From positions 496,527 through 560,526 of the forward strand of contig BPJG01000001.1 of assembly GCA_026004495.1 (NCBI GenBank): a DNA stretch of 64,000 nt. The letters are read 5' to 3'. Source of the stretch: Candidatus Parcubacteria bacterium (lineage in GTDB: Bacteria; Patescibacteriota; Minisyncoccia; UBA6257; HR35). The notes below the pieces were generated by a model, which searched no databases, was not told the origin of the DNA, and saw only the letters and a program-made list of their open reading frames with translations. Of this stretch, positions 48,906 through 56,502 are shown piece by piece. Each line of letters begins with the position of its first letter. The first letter of the stretch is position 1. Both the position numbers and the translations under genes were made by a program.

Positions 48906-49973
48906 TTAATCGAATCGCAGGACTTTCCTGACTTCGCTAAGGGTTTCGATGGCGTTTTCTCTAGCCACCTTAGCCCCCTCTTCCAGGGCGGAAGAAATGT
49001 ACGACGGGTCGTGCAAAATCTCAGCCCTCTTCTCCTGAAACTCACTGAGGAAGTTCTGAACGATGCGAGTCAGAATTTGTTTAAACTGACCCATTACTGG
49101 TTTGCCACTCTTATGTTCCTGGATAACGGCATCCACCTCATCGCGTTCCGATTGGGTTTTTGCCAGCCCCTTGGCAATTAAGATATGGCTTTCCAGTTTC
49201 TCGTTCATTACTCCCTCAAATGCAGTCTCAGCGGCTTTGATCTTGTTGGCAACCGTCTTTAGGTCATCCGTCAGGAAAATAGCACCGCCAGGATTACTTT
49301 TGCTCATCTTGCCCTTTCCTCTCAGGGCAAGAATACGTAGCGACTTAACCTGCAACACCTGAGGAATTGGAAAAATCTCCCCGTACTTCTTGTTGAACCT
49401 GCGAGCGAGGAGACGCGTAACCTCCATGTGTGCGAGCTGATCTTCTCCCACCGGTACCCTTTTGGCTCTGTTCAACAAGATGTCAGCAGCCATTAGTACC
49501 GGATAAAGAAGAAGGAGGGCATTAGCAGTTTCCGGCCGTGCGTTGTTCTTGAGCTTATCCTTGAGAGTCGGTACTCTCAAGAGTTCAGCCACAGAAACAA
49601 GCCTAGACAGAATCGCGGTAAGCGTTGTTACCTCTCCCGCTATATCCGATTGGAGATAGATCTTCGCTTTCTGCGGATCAACTCCAAGCGCGATGTAGTC
49701 AGCTACGACTCCGTGGATGTACTGCCTCACAGTATCCGGTTCGTTGTCCGTGATCGCGTGCAAATCGGCAACGAACACAACCGGAGACACGCCCTGTGTT
49801 TGAAGTTCAACAATGGGAGCTACTGCCCCCAGGTAGTTGGCGACGGTCAAGTCGCCAGTGGGCCTGATGCCCGTCAGTAACTCAACCTTGTAATCCATGG
49901 TAGACGCCTCCTTTTTTAGGGTACTATCCATACTATAATCCTTTTTCCATTTTTTGCCAAGATCATATGTCAT
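48906..49973 (-). CDS. trpS: Tryptophanyl-tRNA synthetase, compositionally foreign (about 50% GC by eye)
   Basis: Class-I aaRS. TGDLTVANYLGA is a HIGH-region variant typical of TrpRS, and KMSKS is present. The likely true start is the internal MDYK Met near 49898, which has a GGAGG RBS 8 nt upstream, giving about 331 aa. The gene is far more GC-rich than anything around it. Confidence 0.85.
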   Translation of the reverse strand: MTYDLGKKWKKDYSMDSTLKKEASTMDYKVELLTGIRPTGDLTVANYLGAVAPIVELQTQGVSPVVFVADLHAITDNEPDTVRQYIHGVVADYIALGVDPQKAKIYLQSDIAGEVTTLTAILSRLVSVAELLRVPTLKDKLKNNARPETANALLLLYPVLMAADILLNRAKRVPVGEDQLAHMEVTRLLARRFNKKYGEIFPIPQVLQVKSLRILALRGKGKMSKSNPGGAIFLTDDLKTVANKIKAAETAFEGVMNEKLESHILIAKGLAKTQSERDEVDAVIQEHKSGKPVMGQFKQILTRIVQNFLSEFQEKRAEILHDPSYISSALEEGAKVARENAIETLSEVRKVLRFD

Positions 49974-50023
49974 ATCTATTTTTGTTTGATTACACTAATA
50001 ACGACCGTGTCTTTTATGTCTAA

Positions 50024-50230
50024 TTATATTCTAAACGTTGGCCTAAAAGGTTTTAATATACCCTTAACATCATAACATCTCAAAACCATACTGGAAACTC
50101 CGAATATTTTGGATACCTGTTTTATTGTCAGTAATTCTGGGAATCTTTCTGATTCCATAATCGCTTGCTCTAAAACTTTATTATTTTTATATTTATTATA
50201 ATAAAATTTTGCCAAGTTTAATTCAACCAT
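50024..50230 (-). CDS. Excisionase/AlpA-like (MerR-superfamily HTH_17) small DNA-binding protein
   Basis: 68 aa. LTIKQVSKIFGVSSMVLRCYDVKGIL fits the Xis/AlpA HTH. Its first roughly 55 nt lie inside IR1-R, and a truncated inverted copy lies in IR1-L. Confidence 0.5.
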   Translation of the reverse strand: MVELNLAKFYYNKYKNNKVLEQAIMESERFPELLTIKQVSKIFGVSSMVLRCYDVKGILKPFRPTFRI

Positions 50231-50397
50231 TCAACTAGCAGACAAGGGAGAATCTGGGGGGAAATTTTTGTCCGCTTGCTCGTTTTGGGCGGTGGGTGGG
50301 TGTGCGTCCGCCGAAGGCGGACGCATAGGTTAGATTTCGGCATCGGGATTTTATTCAAAAAAGGTTCGGATTTTGTCCAAAAGATACCGCCATTTTA
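50174..50397. repeat. IR1-R: right copy of the 224-bp inverted repeat
   Basis: See IR1-L. Its outer end is ...CCGCCATTTTA, the inverted att-like 11-mer. Confidence 0.85.
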
Positions 50398-50521
50398 CGA
50401 TTTCAGAGCTTTGAGAAGTTCTTGCCTCGCCTTCGCTTCGCTCGGGCTCGGCAAAAGCCACGATTTTATACGGATTTTTGAAATAAAAAAAACAATTTCT
50501 GCCCGCTCAAAAGAAAGTTCG
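50387..50521. repeat. IR2-L: left copy of a 135-bp inverted repeat, about 95% identical to IR2-R
   Basis: Its reverse complement matches 52001-52135. It is GC-rich (CTCGCCTTCGCTTCGCTCGGGCTCGGC). It begins with the same CCGCCATTTTACGATTTC terminus that ends IR1-R, so the two IR systems abut and share 11 nt. Confidence 0.8.
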
Positions 50522-50620
50522 CCGTGCGAAGCACGGGCAAAATAAAATTTTGCAAAACAATCTTTTTTCTCTCGCTTCTGGCGAAAAGCAAAGCGATAAT
50601 TTAATTTTGGTAAAACAAAT

Positions 50621-52056
50621 ATGACAAAAGAAAATTCAAAAAGAAAATTTTTCATTTATGTCCGCAAGTCAACTGACTCAGAAGACAGACAAGTAAGAAG
50701 TATTCAGGACCAAATTGCGGAACTCAAGGAATTGGGGAAAAAAGGAAAATTTAGAAATCGTTGATATTTTGATTGAAAAACAAACCGCTAAAATTCCCGG
50801 AAGGCCAGTTTTTAATGAAATGCTGAAAAGAATTCAATCAGGCGAAGCGTCTGGATCCTGACCGGCTTGCTCGTAATTCTATTGACGACGGGCAAATTAT
50901 TTATCTTTTGGATACCGAAATTATCAAAGAGTTAAAATTTCCTACTTTTTGGTTTGAGAATACGCCACAAGGAAAGTTTATGTTATCTATCGCTTTTGGC
51001 CAATCAAAATACTATATTGATAATCTTTCAGAAAATATCAAAAGGGGACATCGGCAAAAATTAAAACAAGGTTTATGGCCCCAAATGGCGCCTCTTGGTT
51101 ATCTCAACGATACAAAAACAAAACAAATTTATGTTGATAAAGAAAAAGCACCGCTTATTAAAAAGGCGTTTGAACTTTACGCTACTGGAAAATATACCTT
51201 GAAAGAAATTAGAAAAATCATTAACGATTTGGGGTTGCGGGGAAGAAAAAATAAACCTCTTTCAACTTCAAATTGTTAATATCTTTTACAAAATCCTTTT
51301 TATTACGGAGTGATGAGATACAACGGCGAATACTACGAAGGAAGGCACGAACCGATTATTACAAAGAAACTTTTTGATGATGTTCAGGAAGTAATGAAAC
51401 AAAAATCAAAACCGCAAAAACCAGACAAAATGAAATTTTTTCTTTATCGCGGATTATTTCGTTGTGGAGAATGCAGTTATGCCATTACCGCGGACAGAAA
51501 AATCAAAAAGAGCGGGAAACAATACACCTATTACTATTGCACCAAGAAAAACCCAAATCATAAATGCTCGCAAAATGTTTTTACCAGAGAAGAAAAAATT
51601 TTATCCCAAATCAATGAAGTGCTACAAAAAGTTTCTTTATCTAATGATTGGGCTGATTGGATGATAAAAAAACTTGAAAGAGAAAAAGAAGAAAAAGTCC
51701 AATCATCACGCTTTTTTGCTCAAAAGATTGAAAGCGAAATAAAGGAGATTGACGAGAAGTTGGAAAAGTTAATGACTGCCTACCTTGAAAATGCTTTGTC
51801 TTTAGAATAATACCGAGAAACCAAAAATAAACTTATTAATCAAAAACAACTCCTGAAAGATAAACTAATCGCTTTTGAGCAAAAAAGCAATAATCGGTTC
51901 GAACTCGCCATAAAATTCATAAATTCCTTAAAACAAAGCCAGATTATCGCTTTGCAAGAAAATCACGAGCAAAGCCGGGATTTTCTAAAAAAGATTAGTT
52001 CGAACTTTCTTTTGAGCGGGCAGAAATTGTTTTTTTTATTTCAAAAATCCGTATAA
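50621..52056 (+). pseudogene. Large serine recombinase (resolvase domain, recombinase domain, zinc ribbon, coiled coil), disrupted
   Basis: N-terminus MTKENSKRKFFIYVRKSTDSEDRQVRSIQDQ with the catalytic Ser motif. One frameshift in an A6 run near 50738. A second indel near 50850, upstream of DRLARN. Two in-frame TAA stops, at 51277 (...STSNC*YLLQNPFYYG...) and 51808 (...LSLE*YRETKNKL...). CGECSYAITADRK...YYYCTKKN is the zinc ribbon. The last roughly 19 codons lie inside IR2-R. GC is intermediate between host and trpS. Confidence 0.65.
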
Positions 52057-52135
52057 AATCGTGGCTTCTGCCGAGCCCGAGCGAAGCGAGGGCGAGGCAA
52101 TACCTTCTCAAAATCATGAAATCGTAAAATGGCGG
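52001..52135. repeat. IR2-R: right copy of the 135-bp inverted repeat, abutting tRNA-Ser
   Basis: See IR2-L. It ends in TAAAATGGCGG, whose last 6 nt are the CCGCCA 3' end of tRNA-Ser on the minus strand. Confidence 0.8.
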
Positions 52136-52219
52136 AAGGGGTGGGATTCGAACCCACGAGGCCCCAGAAGAGGCCACGGCTCTCCAGGCCGTTCCGTTAA
52201 TCCACTCCGGCACCCTTCC
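52130..52219 (-). tRNA. tRNA-Ser (anticodon GGA) with a long variable arm and encoded CCA
   Basis: Folded by hand. Acceptor GGAAGGG/CCCTTCC, a 3-bp D-stem, anticodon stem ACGGC/GCCGT with loop CTGGAGA, variable arm GGCC-TCTTCTGG-GGCC, T-arm GTGGG-TTCGAAT-CCCAC, discriminator G plus CCA. Confidence 0.85.
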
Positions 52220-52442
52220 AAGATATACTAGAATAATAAGGCTAAATATTTAAAAAAATAAATTCATAATTATTAATTCATTAATTAAAATTTATTTTAT
52301 TATAATATTAGGATAATATAATTATAACAAATAAAACTACAAAGATAATTTTTTATATTAATTTATGAGCTATGAATAAATTTTTGATTAAAATTTATTT
52401 TTTTATTAAGAAGCATTTTAAAGCAAAAGCAAAAATTAAAAA

Positions 52443-53300
52443 ATGGAAATTAAAAGATTTATATTAATAACAACAGTTTTTATCCTGGGTATTATTTCAA
52501 TATTTTTTGTTTTTTCAATAAAAAATCATAAAGAATTTATAGCTCCTAAGATTGGTGTTACTATTTATCCCCTTTATGATGTTGTTAAAGAAATTGTTGG
52601 TGATAAATATGAGGTTGTTTTAATTGTCCCTCCTGGCGCTGAACCTCATAATTATGAATTGAAAATAGAAGATGTTAAAAAACTTCGAGGCATTAAAATA
52701 GTTTTTGCTAATGGTTTAGGAATTGATGATTGGACAGAAAATTTAATTAAAAATTTTAAAGATGTAAAAATAATTTACTTATATCAAAGTGTTGATTTAA
52801 TTGATCAGGATCCTCATTTTTGGCTTTCTTTAGAAAATATGAAAAAAATTGCGAAGATTGTCGAAAAAGAAATGGAAAACTTTGATAAAAAAAATAGAGA
52901 GTATTATCAAGAAAATTTAGATAAAGTTTTAGAGAAAATAGAAAATCTACAAACAGAAGCAAAACAAACAGTTTTTTCAAATAAATTCATTATTACCCAA
53001 CACAATGCTTTTAATTACTTAGCTAAGGAATTAAATTTAAATGTCGCCGGTTATTTAGAAGGAGAAAACAAAGAATTAACCCCAGCTGACCTTTCACAAT
53101 TAATTAATAAAATAAAAATTTTAAATATAAAAGTGATTTTTAAAGAGCCAGGAGAAGAGAATAATCTTTTGAAAACAATAGCCCAGGAATATAATTTAAA
53201 AATCTATGAATTAGATTCAATTGAAGGCAAAAGTGGTTTAAACTATTTTGACGCTTATAGAAAAAATATAGAAACTCTAAAATTTATACAAAACGAATAA
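52443..53300 (+). CDS. znuA: Metal (Zn/Mn) ABC transporter substrate-binding protein, TroA/ZnuA family
   Basis: 285 aa. N-terminal anchor, then the cluster-9 SBP pattern with a metal-binding His in PPGAEPHNYE. Confidence 0.7.
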   Translation: MEIKRFILITTVFILGIISIFFVFSIKNHKEFIAPKIGVTIYPLYDVVKEIVGDKYEVVLIVPPGAEPHNYELKIEDVKKLRGIKIVFANGLGIDDWTENLIKNFKDVKIIYLYQSVDLIDQDPHFWLSLENMKKIAKIVEKEMENFDKKNREYYQENLDKVLEKIENLQTEAKQTVFSNKFIITQHNAFNYLAKELNLNVAGYLEGENKELTPADLSQLINKIKILNIKVIFKEPGEENNLLKTIAQEYNLKIYELDSIEGKSGLNYFDAYRKNIETLKFIQNE

Positions 53301-53571
53301 AACTTATATAACACTAATCGCAAGGAAATTATTTATAAGTTACACTAATTTTTATAAATATTTTAGAAATTTTACCTCGAACGGTGCCTTATAATAGAAA
53401 AGAGTATAATTTAGATGTATTCTGTTTTGGTTCTTGTTTGTGATTTGTTATATAATTAGTTGTATTATTTTATTTAATGGTTATTATAATTACCTAAGTG
53501 GTAATATTTACCATCTAACAGATTAAGTATATAATTCAATATCATATTTTAACCTATGCTAAAATTTAATT

Positions 53572-54288
53572 ATGAATGCTTTAGAGGTAAAAAATTTGAT
53601 TGTTAAGATTGGGGAACAAGAAATTATTAGAAATATTAGTTTCGTTTTGCCTGAAGGAACAATTACTGCCTTAATTGGTCCAAATGGAGCTGGTAAATCT
53701 GTCTTATTAAAAACAATTCTCGGTCTTTTTCCTTATTATGGAGAAATAAAAATTTTTGGTGAAAATCATTTAAAAATGCTAAATTTTGTTGGTTATGTGC
53801 CTCAAAATTACACACTTGATCCCATTTTGCCCTTAACAGTTTTTGAATTTTTAAAATTTAGTAATAGAGATAAAAATAAAATTAACGCGGCATTAAAAGA
53901 AACTGATATCTATGAATTAAAAAATAGAAACTTAGTTCAATTATCAGGAGGTCAACTACAAAGAGTCTTATTTGCTCGTGCAATCCTAAACGAACCAAAA
54001 ATTTTACTTTTAGATGAGCCAGTTTCTGAAACAGATATTGTGGGTAAAAAAGAATTTTATGAAATAATTAAATACTTAAATCAAGAAAAAAAAGTAACTA
54101 TTTTGATTACCAGCCATGAAATTACTATTATCCATACCTTTGCTCAAAGAGTTTTGTGTTTAAATAGATCTTTAGTTTGTGTTGGATCAATAACTGAACT
54201 TTTTAAAGAAGAAATTTTAAAACAACTTTATCAGAGAGATATTTTTGTTTATCCCTTCAATCGTCCAAATACAAATACAAATGAATAA
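53572..54288 (+). CDS. znuC: Metal ABC transporter ATP-binding protein
   Basis: 238 aa. Walker A GPNGAGKS, signature LSGGQLQR and Walker B LLLDEP. Confidence 0.75.
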   Translation: MNALEVKNLIVKIGEQEIIRNISFVLPEGTITALIGPNGAGKSVLLKTILGLFPYYGEIKIFGENHLKMLNFVGYVPQNYTLDPILPLTVFEFLKFSNRDKNKINAALKETDIYELKNRNLVQLSGGQLQRVLFARAILNEPKILLLDEPVSETDIVGKKEFYEIIKYLNQEKKVTILITSHEITIIHTFAQRVLCLNRSLVCVGSITELFKEEILKQLYQRDIFVYPFNRPNTNTNE

Positions 54289-54309
54289 TTACTATAATCT
54301 TAAATTATT

Positions 54310-54370
54310 GTCTGCTTTCAGTCCGCGTAATTCTGCATTAAAATTAAATTGTCTGCGTAAGTCTGCGTAT
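54310..54370. repeat. Short array of the decamer GTCYGCGTAA in the znuC-znuB spacer
   Basis: Copies at 54321-54330 (GTCCGCGTAA), 54351-54360 (GTCTGCGTAA), 54361-54370 (GTCTGCGTAT) and a partial GTCTGCT at 54310-54316. Locally GC-enriched. Confidence 0.5.
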
Positions 54371-54386
54371 AATCTGGTTATAAAAT

Positions 54387-55190
54387 ATGAATTTATTTGA
54401 ATATCCATTTTTATTAAAATCATTAATTATTAGTTTTTGGTTAGGTATTGTTTTTGCCTTATTAGGTATTTTTGTTTTTATTAAAAGAATGTCTTTTTTT
54501 AGTGATGGAATTGCTCATTCATCTATTTTAGGTTTAGCGATAGCTTTTTTATTAAATTCTAATATATTACTTTTTGCCCTTTTAAATGGTGTTATTTTTT
54601 CACTTTTAATCTATTATTTAGAAAGAAAAACAAAAATTCATTCTGATACTTTAATAGGTCTTGTCTTTGTTTCTTCTTTATCCTTAGGATTGATACTTAT
54701 GTCATTAAAATCTTCTTATCAACCAGAACTTTTAAATTTTCTAATTGGTAATATTTTAACAATTAGTAATTTTGATTTTGTTTTGACAATAATTTTTTCT
54801 GTTTTAGTTTTAACTTTTATTATTTGTCAATTTCCCAAAATAATTTTAGCCCTTTTAGATCCCGTTGAGGCAAGATTAAGAAAAATAAATGTTAATCTTT
54901 ATGAGTTTTTGTTTTATTTAATTTTAGGTATTAGTGTAATTTTAGGTATTAAATTAGTTGGCGTTATCTTAATAACCGCCTTTTTAATTTTACCAGCTGC
55001 AACTTCATCTTTGGTCTCTTCATCCTTTAAAAGTTTTATTTATTTAAGCATTATCTTTGCTTTATTTAATGTTGTTTTTGGTTTTTTAATTTCTAATTTT
55101 TATAATTTTCCCTTGGGAGCAAGTATTGTTCTTTCTGGTTTTTTTATATTTTTCAATCTCTTTTTAATAAAGAATTTTTTAAATAAGTAA
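54387..55190 (+). CDS. znuB: Metal ABC transporter permease (ABC-3 family)
   Basis: 267 aa with 7-8 TM segments, ABC-3/ZnuB-like. Confidence 0.7.
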   Translation: MNLFEYPFLLKSLIISFWLGIVFALLGIFVFIKRMSFFSDGIAHSSILGLAIAFLLNSNILLFALLNGVIFSLLIYYLERKTKIHSDTLIGLVFVSSLSLGLILMSLKSSYQPELLNFLIGNILTISNFDFVLTIIFSVLVLTFIICQFPKIILALLDPVEARLRKINVNLYEFLFYLILGISVILGIKLVGVILITAFLILPAATSSLVSSSFKSFIYLSIIFALFNVVFGFLISNFYNFPLGASIVLSGFFIFFNLFLIKNFLNK

Positions 55191-55214
55191 AAAAATATTA
55201 TTTTTAATAATTTG

Positions 55215-55287
55215 AGCGGTGGACGGGATTCGAACCCGCGACCTTCTGCTTGGAAGGCAGACGTTCTACCAACTGAACTACCACCGC
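55215..55287 (-). tRNA. tRNA-Gly (anticodon TCC)
   Basis: Folded by hand. Acceptor GCGGTGG/CCACCGC, D-arm GTTC...GAAC, anticodon stem TCTGC/GCAGA with loop CTTCCAA, T-arm GCGGG-TTCGAAT-CCCGT, discriminator U. No encoded CCA. Confidence 0.85.
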
Positions 55288-55357
55288 TTATTTAAAATAA
55301 AATATATTATAAGTTAATTTAGAAAATATTTAAAGATAAAAAATTTGTTAATTTAAA

Positions 55358-55386
55358 TTGACTAAAACTAAATTACTTGATAAAAT
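55358..55386 (+). promoter_or_regulatory. Sigma-70-type promoter candidate (TTGACT-17 nt-TAAAAT) upstream of the 55444 gene
   Basis: -35 TTGACT at 55358-55363 and -10 TAAAAT at 55381-55386, about 58 nt upstream of the ATG. The hexamers and spacing are identical to the candidate at 33338. Confidence 0.4.
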
Positions 55387-55443
55387 ATTTTTAGGCGACT
55401 ATTATAAAGTTAAGTTTTAAAATTACTTTCTCTAATAAAAAAA

Positions 55444-56502
55444 ATGAAAGAATTACTTTATGAAACCCTTGATGATTTAATATCTAATTTAGACCTAAGA
55501 CAAAAAGATATTTTTAAAAAAAGATTTGGTTTAGATGATAAACAATATACTTTAGCAGAATTAGGAAGAAATTATAACTTAACTCGTGAAAGAATTAGAC
55601 AAATTCAAAGCAATATTTTAAAAAATATACACGAAAAAATTTATAGCCATAATTTTCTTCAAAAAGATTTCCTCTATCATTTAAATAAATATTTAGGTAA
55701 TCTAAAAATTAAAAGATTGGAATATATAAAATTAAAGTTTAAAGAAAATTATAATTTTGATTTAGGAGAATTAAAAATTTTAGAATTATTTTTAAGAATT
55801 CACCCTCAAGTTTATTTATTCGAGGAAAATGAAATCTATAATAATTTTATTTATTTGCAAGAAGAATATTTTAGAAATCTAAATAATTTTACTAAACATA
55901 TTATAAATTTTTTTGATAAAGAAAAAGTTATATCCGAAATAGAATTCTTAGAATTTTTAAAAGGGGAGATCTTTAATCATTTCAAAATTGAAACTGGCAT
56001 AGATGAAATATATGAATTTATAAGATTATTTAAAATAATTAGAAAAAATCCTTTCAATGAATTTGGATATATAAAGAATAAAAGAATTTTACCATCCTCA
56101 TTAATCGATAAAATAAGATTAATTTTATCTTTTGAAAAAAGGCCACTTTCTTTTTATGAAATTTATAAAAAACTTAATGAAATTAACAAAATTGACGATG
56201 AATTTATTCATCAAGTGTGGAAGAAAAAATATTCCTTAAGAACAGTTCATTATATTTTAAATAGTTATAAAAAAGAATTTGTTTTAGTAGGTAGAGGAGT
56301 TTATACTCTTAAAGATTGTGGTATAAAAGAAGGAAAATTAATTGATATTATCACTGAATTAGTAAAAGAAAATAATGGTTTATCGTTGGATGACCTGTTA
56401 GATAATCTAAAAAAACAACAGAGAATTTTTTCTAAAAATACCTTCTTAATTTATGTTTATAGAAATTTTAGAGTAATTAATGGTAGGGTTTATTTAAGAT
56501 GA
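55444..56502 (+). CDS. Sigma-70 region-4-like HTH protein with a roughly 280 aa uncharacterised C-terminal region
   Basis: 352 aa. Residues about 20-60, LDDKQYTLAELGRNYNLTRERIRQIQSNILKNI, resemble sigma region 4.2. The rest is unassigned. Confidence 0.4.
   Translation: MKELLYETLDDLISNLDLRQKDIFKKRFGLDDKQYTLAELGRNYNLTRERIRQIQSNILKNIHEKIYSHNFLQKDFLYHLNKYLGNLKIKRLEYIKLKFKENYNFDLGELKILELFLRIHPQVYLFEENEIYNNFIYLQEEYFRNLNNFTKHIINFFDKEKVISEIEFLEFLKGEIFNHFKIETGIDEIYEFIRLFKIIRKNPFNEFGYIKNKRILPSSLIDKIRLILSFEKRPLSFYEIYKKLNEINKIDDEFIHQVWKKKYSLRTVHYILNSYKKEFVLVGRGVYTLKDCGIKEGKLIDIITELVKENNGLSLDDLLDNLKKQQRIFSKNTFLIYVYRNFRVINGRVYLR

Larger units (their letters stand above)
48498..52135. mobile_element. Composite integrated or invertible foreign island at the 3' end of tRNA-Ser
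   Basis: Bounded by direct copies of TAAAATGGCGG at 48498-48508 and 52125-52135, the latter overlapping the tRNA-Ser 3' end. A third, inverted copy at 50387-50397 sits at the IR1/IR2 junction. Contains trpS, the Xis-like gene and the serine recombinase remnant. Composition is atypical for the host. Confidence 0.6.

Noticed and set aside
48863-49362. ORFs 48863..49045 (-) and 49102..49362 (+) inside the trpS region
   Set aside because: They are shadow and overlapping frames of the GC-rich trpS gene. They have no start context and produce low-complexity Arg/Pro-rich translations typical of wrong-frame reading of high-GC DNA.
49650-49880. ORF 49650..49880 (+) antisense to trpS
   Set aside because: Antisense shadow ORF within a well-supported TrpRS coding region.
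50276-50655. ORFs 50276..50545 (+) and 50395..50655 (-) spanning IR1-R and IR2-L
   Set aside because: They read through repeat DNA (Gly/Trp/Arg-rich nonsense) and across the IR junction. They are better explained as non-coding repeat sequence.
51464-51664. ORF 51464..51664 (+)
   Set aside because: It is an alternative frame inside the serine recombinase zinc-ribbon region. The recombinase frame gives a coherent domain sequence.
51277-51810. Stop-codon reassignment (TAA as sense) to explain the two in-frame TAAs in the recombinase
   Set aside because: Host genes throughout the window terminate at TAA where expected, for example LysW/lysX TAATG coupling, rmuC and znuB. The same gene also has frameshifts, so pseudogenisation is the simpler explanation.
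48498-52135. The GC-rich island as simple contamination or a chimeric contig
   Set aside because: Both IR systems are physically interleaved with host-like AT-rich sequence. The Xis-like ORF is AT-rich, yet its 5' end is duplicated inside IR1. The outer repeat overlaps the tRNA-Ser 3' end. A random chimera would not produce this architecture. It still needs read-level confirmation.
51995-52213. ORF 51995..52213 (-)
   Set aside because: It overlaps tRNA-Ser and IR2-R. It is an artefact of GC-rich structured DNA.
52756-52980. ORF 52756..52980 (-) inside znuA
   Set aside because: Antisense shadow ORF.
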